A stretch of 64,000 nt of DNA from Spirochaetales bacterium. GTDB lineage: Bacteria; Spirochaetota; Spirochaetia; SZUA-6; JAFGRV01. The notes under the pieces are model-generated. The model ran no database searches and had not been told where the DNA came from. It saw only the letters and a list, made by a program, of their open reading frames with translations. The position numbers and the translations under genes are program-made. Of this stretch, positions 59,550 to 64,000 are shown in pieces; within the stretch, counting starts at the first letter, position 1, and each line of letters begins with the position of its first letter. The stretch spans positions 1,250 through 65,249 of the forward strand of contig JAFGQK010000090.1 of NCBI GenBank assembly GCA_016935735.1, given 5' to 3'.

Positions 59550-59990
59550 AAATACCTCCATATATCTTTTAATGTTTATTATTTACCGGCACTGATCCTG
59601 CCGGCATATCATTTCTTTGAATTTCATTACCCGTAATTTCTGACCCATTCACAATCCAGGAATTCTGTGCACAGGATTATTTCCACCTTCTCCAGGAATT
59701 CCCTATCATTTGCTTTTCTGTTTATTACATAAAGCTTTATTGATGATCATTCTTTATTAAGAGGGGGAAATTGAAGTCTTTTATAGTCGTGCAAAAAGCT
59801 GTTTTATCACAACTTTATGCTATTAACTCCCCCTGCTTATTTTTCCATAAAAATCTTCACTTCGTTATTCAGCTCCAGGCTGAATACTCTTATTTGTATT
59901 TTACTGTAGGGGTGTGAGTTTAGAAATGAAAAAAACATTATTATTCGTTAATACAAATATCTATTACCGGGATACCTGAATTTTCATGTT

Positions 59991-60025
59991 AAAAAAACAA
60001 GCCGCCATTATCCTGTAATGGCGGC
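59991..60025 (-). terminator. Rho-independent terminator after the LVIVD/dockerin gene
   Basis: The minus strand carries gccgccatta caggataatggcggc: a 10-bp stem (gccgccatta / taatggcggc, 60001-60010 and 60016-60025) followed by cttgttttttt. It lies 27 nt after the stop at 60052. Confidence 0.8.
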
Positions 60026-60051
60026 CTGTCTTTAAAAGATAAAGTTATTCC

Positions 60052-61813
60052 TTATTGCAAATTTGTCCTGATAATGATAAGCTCATAATTTGTATGCCTG
60101 CCTGGAATATATATGTATCCGCCTTCAAAAGCGACTCCACCGGCTTTCCCGGGTATTGAAATACAACCGGCTTCCACAACATCATCAGGATTGGAAATAT
60201 TAATTATCTCAATTGCTCCTGAGGATGCAAAAACATACGGGAAATTTACTACCAGACCATTTCCTTTAACATTGCTGCCAAGAACAAGGCCATCGGCTAC
60301 CAGGGGATGTAACGAATCGGTGATGTCTATTATCCGGAACAGGTTGTTTTCCTGGACAAGATAAAGATAATTTCCTTCCAGGTCAAATCCATTCATGACA
60401 GCATCATAATCAACATCAAGGTAGGTATCCAGTAAATTTACAACTTCCAATGATCCGGCAGTTACTATCTTGATTTCAGGCGAAATATTGTTTCCCAGTA
60501 CTATATTTGTATCTTTTACAACAAGATTCATCGCACCCCAGATATTAATGTCAGGAGTCACCGCGGGTGTACTGGTCGGATAGGGTGTGGGTGTCGGTTC
60601 AGTTGGTGGTATTGGTGTTTCCGTCGGGAAAGGTGAAGGTCTCGGCTGTCCGGCAGTTGAATCTGTTTCTACAGGGGACAGGGGATTGGAAATATCAATA
60701 ACAGTAATGCCCGCTACCTGTTCTGCTACATAGGCATTATTGCCGTCTATATACACATCCACAGCAGTATCATGGGTGGGAAGACTGGCTTTCAGAACAG
60801 GAGTTCCCGGATTTGATATATCGACAACTTTGAATCCGCCGGTCCCGTCTGCAATATAAATATAATTACCTTTTATCTGAAGATTATAGGGATTAACCAG
60901 GGAAAGGGAACCGGAAAGAACCGGATGTATTCCCCATGAGAAAAGCATAATGACCGGAAAGAACGATAGCATCTATTCTAAGGTTAATCGGAATGGTGTC
61001 AACCTGGACAGGATTCCCCCGATTTGATACATCGAATACAACCAGCATGTCATCGTTTACATTTACCATATAGGCATAAGACCCATAAACAACAATACCG
61101 GTTGCTCTGAATAACTCGACCCCATCTATAACCACTGGATTATCAGGTTGTGTTATATCCACCAAAAAAACCTCGTCAGTACAACCAATATAAAAATAAT
61201 TGCCATTTTTAACCATTGAATACATCGGGGGCATGGTAATTGATGTTACTACTGAAGGAGAAGAGGGATTTGATATATTGAGAACAACGAGGTTTTTATA
61301 ATCAGAGGGGAAACATGAAACATAGGCATAATTATTATCAATAACAATAATATGCTCCTCACCCGGATTATCCCCGGGAATCTCACAAAAACCTGAAAAA
61401 ACAGGATTCCCGGGTTGTGATACATCAAATACTTTAAAACTTACTTCACTGGTCATATAGAGATAATTGCCGGAAAGAACACTATTACGCCAGTTGTCCC
61501 GGTTTCCCATTTCCAGGGGCAACATTCCTGTCATTTCCACGAAAAAGGGTGCTATAGACGTGGGATCCTGCCTTGGTGTGACATCCGGGAAAGGGGTAAA
61601 TCCCAGCGGGTCCGGCGTGGGAGGTGTTGTCGGGACAGGCGTGGCCCCGGGAAATTCAGTAATTAATCCCACATAATATTGGGCAGTCAACAAGGCATCC
61701 ACTATATCGATGGAACCATCATTATTGGGGTCACCAATAAGACCATACATACCGGTAACAGAGAAAAAGAAAAAGACGGTGACATTAAGAAGCAAAAAAA
61801 CAGCTTTTTTCAT
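60052..61813 (-). pseudogene. LVIVD-repeat surface protein with N-terminal signal peptide and dockerin-like Ca-binding motif, split into two ORFs (60893-61813 and 60052-60972) by a 10-bp tandem duplication
   Basis: Signal MKKAVFLLLNVTVFFFFSVTGMYG, then GDPNNDGSIDIVDALLTAQYYVG (dockerin/EF-hand-like), PT linkers, and LVIVD repeats in both ORFs. The minus strand reads tccggttcTT tccggttcCC (plus strand 60906-60925). Deleting one 10-nt unit joins ...FLMGNTSG to SLSLVNPYNLQIKGNYIYIA in frame. Confidence 0.7.
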
Positions 61814-62630
61814 TTTATTCCTCCTTAACTTATAAAAATTTTTATTTTCCTGTTTTGATTATATCATAAAATATAACTATTGTGTTGTCATCTACCCGGG
61901 TAGGAATAGACATTTTTTACTAATTCTTCTGTTACTTTATTACTTTTCTAGCATTAATAGTGCAATTCCCCATACCCCCGAATTTTTCTGTAAGATGGCC
62001 TTCAGCCGGGTCAGTGCCAGGGAGGTATTTCAGATCCACAAAGGGCATGCTTACAGGGCAATGTTCATCTTTTTCTCCATACTGACATTGTTAATACCAA
62101 ACACTTCTCTCGAATTTCGTGGTTAATATAAAAAAAATTAATCACAAAATTTCCACGGAGACATAAGGCGCTGAATAAGCTTCTTTAAAAAGGCAATTAA
62201 CCCGCATTTCTCATAAGAACCTGCATTTTAATTATAGGTTAAAACTAACTTATTATAAGATAACAATTTAATAAAAATGGCGGGTTTTAGCGCATTTCTC
62301 ATTTTTACAATGTGTTATTGAATCTCTATAAATAATAAATAATTATTTATATGGAAACAAGATAATAGTAATTTCCAACCGTTGGTGAGAAATGCGCATT
62401 AATCAACAGGAACTAATTAAATAAACCAGAGAAGTTATTCCACCTTACTAATTAATAGAATACAACAGAAGTTAAATCATGATTTCACTTGTATCTAAAA
62501 TTATTTACTTTGTTTAAGCTATACCGACGAGTTCACACATTTAATTACGACAAGAAAAGTAATGCGATGATTTTTGCAGGAGTGAAATCATGGAACGATA
62601 ATATTGCTGTTTTAGCATTTTTGCTTGTGA

Positions 62631-63290
62631 TTAATATTTAAATAAATTTTTTCCAATTTTCATCATTTTTATATATTCCTTTATTTCTAATTCAAGCAAG
62701 GAAAAAGCATGTAATGATTTCAGTGGAGTAAAATCGGATATAAATTCTGAAACACGGGAAGCGTGTTTATATGACGAGAATTGCTTTAACCTGCGGCCTT
62801 TAAGTCCACATACTTTTTTAAGCAAATTATATAAAATTTCTTTTGGATCAGGTAGTAATTCAAGTTTATTGATCTTGGGCAATTCTATTTTTTCTTTACT
62901 ATTAGGATTACCTGACGCTCTTTTAATTGCAGCTTCATCGATGAGTAACCATGTTTCAGTCATTTTAACAGGGATAACACTTATATATGGCGGTGGATTA
63001 AGTTGTTTCTTTACCTGTTGAGTAGCTATATTTATTTCACCTACGCGGTGTTCTCTTGATTTTTTTTCCGCATCCCTGTGAATAAATAAAATATCGCATG
63101 GATATAATTCATAGCTTTTAATTATTTTATCTGCAAGATCTTTTAAAGGTCTGTAGATATGTCTTAAATCAGCCCATACAGGTTGAATAGTATATGCTAA
63201 ACCGCATTCTCTTAAAAGCCAATTAATGATTGGAATTAATGCTTTATCAGAACTACCATCTGCTATAAGAGTATAATATAATTCATTCAT
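62631..63290 (-). CDS. DUF4276-like protein (putative TOPRIM-like partner of the upstream ATPase)
   Basis: Start set at the ATG at 63290 (MNELYYTLIADGSSDKALIPIINWLL), an 8-nt overlap with the ATPase stop. ILFIHRDAEKKS and PVKMTETWLLIDEAAIKRA match my recollection of DUF4276 blocks (vEG..D.., hrDaD, E.WlLaD..al). Confidence 0.55.
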   Translation of the reverse strand: MNELYYTLIADGSSDKALIPIINWLLRECGLAYTIQPVWADLRHIYRPLKDLADKIIKSYELYPCDILFIHRDAEKKSREHRVGEINIATQQVKKQLNPPPYISVIPVKMTETWLLIDEAAIKRASGNPNSKEKIELPKINKLELLPDPKEILYNLLKKVCGLKGRRLKQFSSYKHASRVSEFISDFTPLKSLHAFSLLELEIKEYIKMMKIGKNLFKY

Positions 63291-64000
63291 TGTTAATATC
63301 AAAATCAGTTAAATAAGGCTGAAAATCATCGCGGTCAACAATTCTCTGGCTTTTTCTTAATAGTTTGTCCTTTTCCTGTTTACTTTCATTTCGACGTACA
63401 AAGTTCAGATATGAAAGGAGTTTACCTCTGCGGACAGGCTTAACATCATGGTCTGCCATTTTAGATCGCCATGTATCTGGAAGGAAACTAAATTGTACTC
63501 CTTTTGAGAGGTTCCCATCACTTATTACCTCCTTTAACTCGGCAACCAGAAGACTATCATCCGGGACTTGAGTAACTACAGCAGGAGAATGTGTATTTAC
63601 AATGACCTGTCTTAAAGGATTATCCGGCCCTATCTCTAATTCCGTATCACATGCTATATCCTGAAGAATCTCAAGAATTGCTGGAATTCGCTGTGGATGT
63701 ATTCCGTTTTCCGGTTCCTCCATGCAAATTACACCATTAGTTTTTGGATCCAGGGATATCACTGTAAGTGCTAAAAATCGGAGAGTTCCATCAGATAATG
63801 ACCGAGCTGGGTAAATTGTTCCATTTTTATCTGTTATTCGCAGAGTGAGTAAATCCCGTGTTTTATCTTCATCAATTTGGATTTCATATACATCATCAAT
63901 CAAAGCAGAGAGCCTGTCCGCAACCTGGTCATATATGCCTGCAAGATTCTCTTCTGATGTCTGATTTTTAATATTATAATTTCTTGCTAAAAAATATAAT
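63283..64000 (-). CDS. ABC/SMC-like ATPase (AAA_15/AAA_21-type), C-terminal part (N-terminus outside window)
   Basis: The reading frame is open to the window edge; the ORF-track start at 63903 is an internal TTG. ARSLSDGTLRFLALTVISL (signature/Q-loop-like) and GVICMEEPENGIHPQRI (Walker B and D-loop, hhhhDEPE..LHP) are typical of OLD/AriA/PtuA-like ATPases. Confidence 0.65.
   Translation of the reverse strand, partial: LYFLARNYNIKNQTSEENLAGIYDQVADRLSALIDDVYEIQIDEDKTRDLLTLRITDKNGTIYPARSLSDGTLRFLALTVISLDPKTNGVICMEEPENGIHPQRIPAILEILQDIACDTELEIGPDNPLRQVIVNTHSPAVVTQVPDDSLLVAELKEVISDGNLSKGVQFSFLPDTWRSKMADHDVKPVRRGKLLSYLNFVRRNESKQEKDKLLRKSQRIVDRDDFQPYLTDFDINNE

Noticed and set aside
63283-63903. ORF-track start (M) at 63903 for the ATPase
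   Set aside because: That codon is an internal TTG, and the frame stays open to nt 64000, so the gene is treated as 5'-truncated by the window.

Overview
Low-GC (by eye about 35-38% G+C) bacterial chromosome segment in three parts. (1) 1-11.4 kb holds mixed housekeeping and surface genes: the 3' end of a GH5 endoglucanase, a decayed GC-rich ComM/YifB fragment, fpg/mutM, membrane proteins, a long-form PRPP synthetase, a CBM48-like secreted protein, and a 1088-aa protein with acidic repeats, a TM segment and TPRs. (2) 11.4-40.0 kb is one uninterrupted minus-strand transcription/translation super-operon: tRNA-Thr, rpmG, tRNA-Trp, secE, nusG, rplKAJL, rpoBC, rpsLG, tuf, then the S10, spc and alpha operons. 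rpmJ and rpmG were found by hand because they fall below the ORF-track cutoff. fusA is absent between rpsG and tuf, and adk/map/infA are absent between secY and rpmJ. This gene order and the roughly 400-aa Prs are reminiscent of Spirochaetota, which is inference only. (3) 40.2-64 kb is an accessory region that opens with an initiator-type tRNA-Met and a truncated ISAzo13-like transposase remnant. It contains a large LVIVD-repeat lipoprotein and a transglutaminase-like/TPR protein. It also contains a tightly packed 13-gene minus-strand type II PKS/FAS-like biosynthetic cluster (46.2-59.6 kb). The cluster encodes an extended ACP, a tandem flavodoxin-like protein, a LuxE-type acyl-protein synthetase, a KS/CLF pair, two large hotdog dehydratases, two alpha/beta hydrolases (one with a Cys nucleophile), a degenerate SDR plus a FabG-like SDR, a third KS, and a PP-loop amidotransferase. 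Downstream lie an LVIVD/dockerin-like gene split by a 10-bp tandem duplication, an 816-bp non-coding spacer with inverted repeats, and at the window edge an ABC/AAA_15-like ATPase translationally coupled to a DUF4276-like protein (candidate defence pair). The biosynthetic cluster is my best candidate for an undescribed system, with the ATPase/DUF4276 pair second. All functional calls come from motif recognition by eye; no database search was possible.
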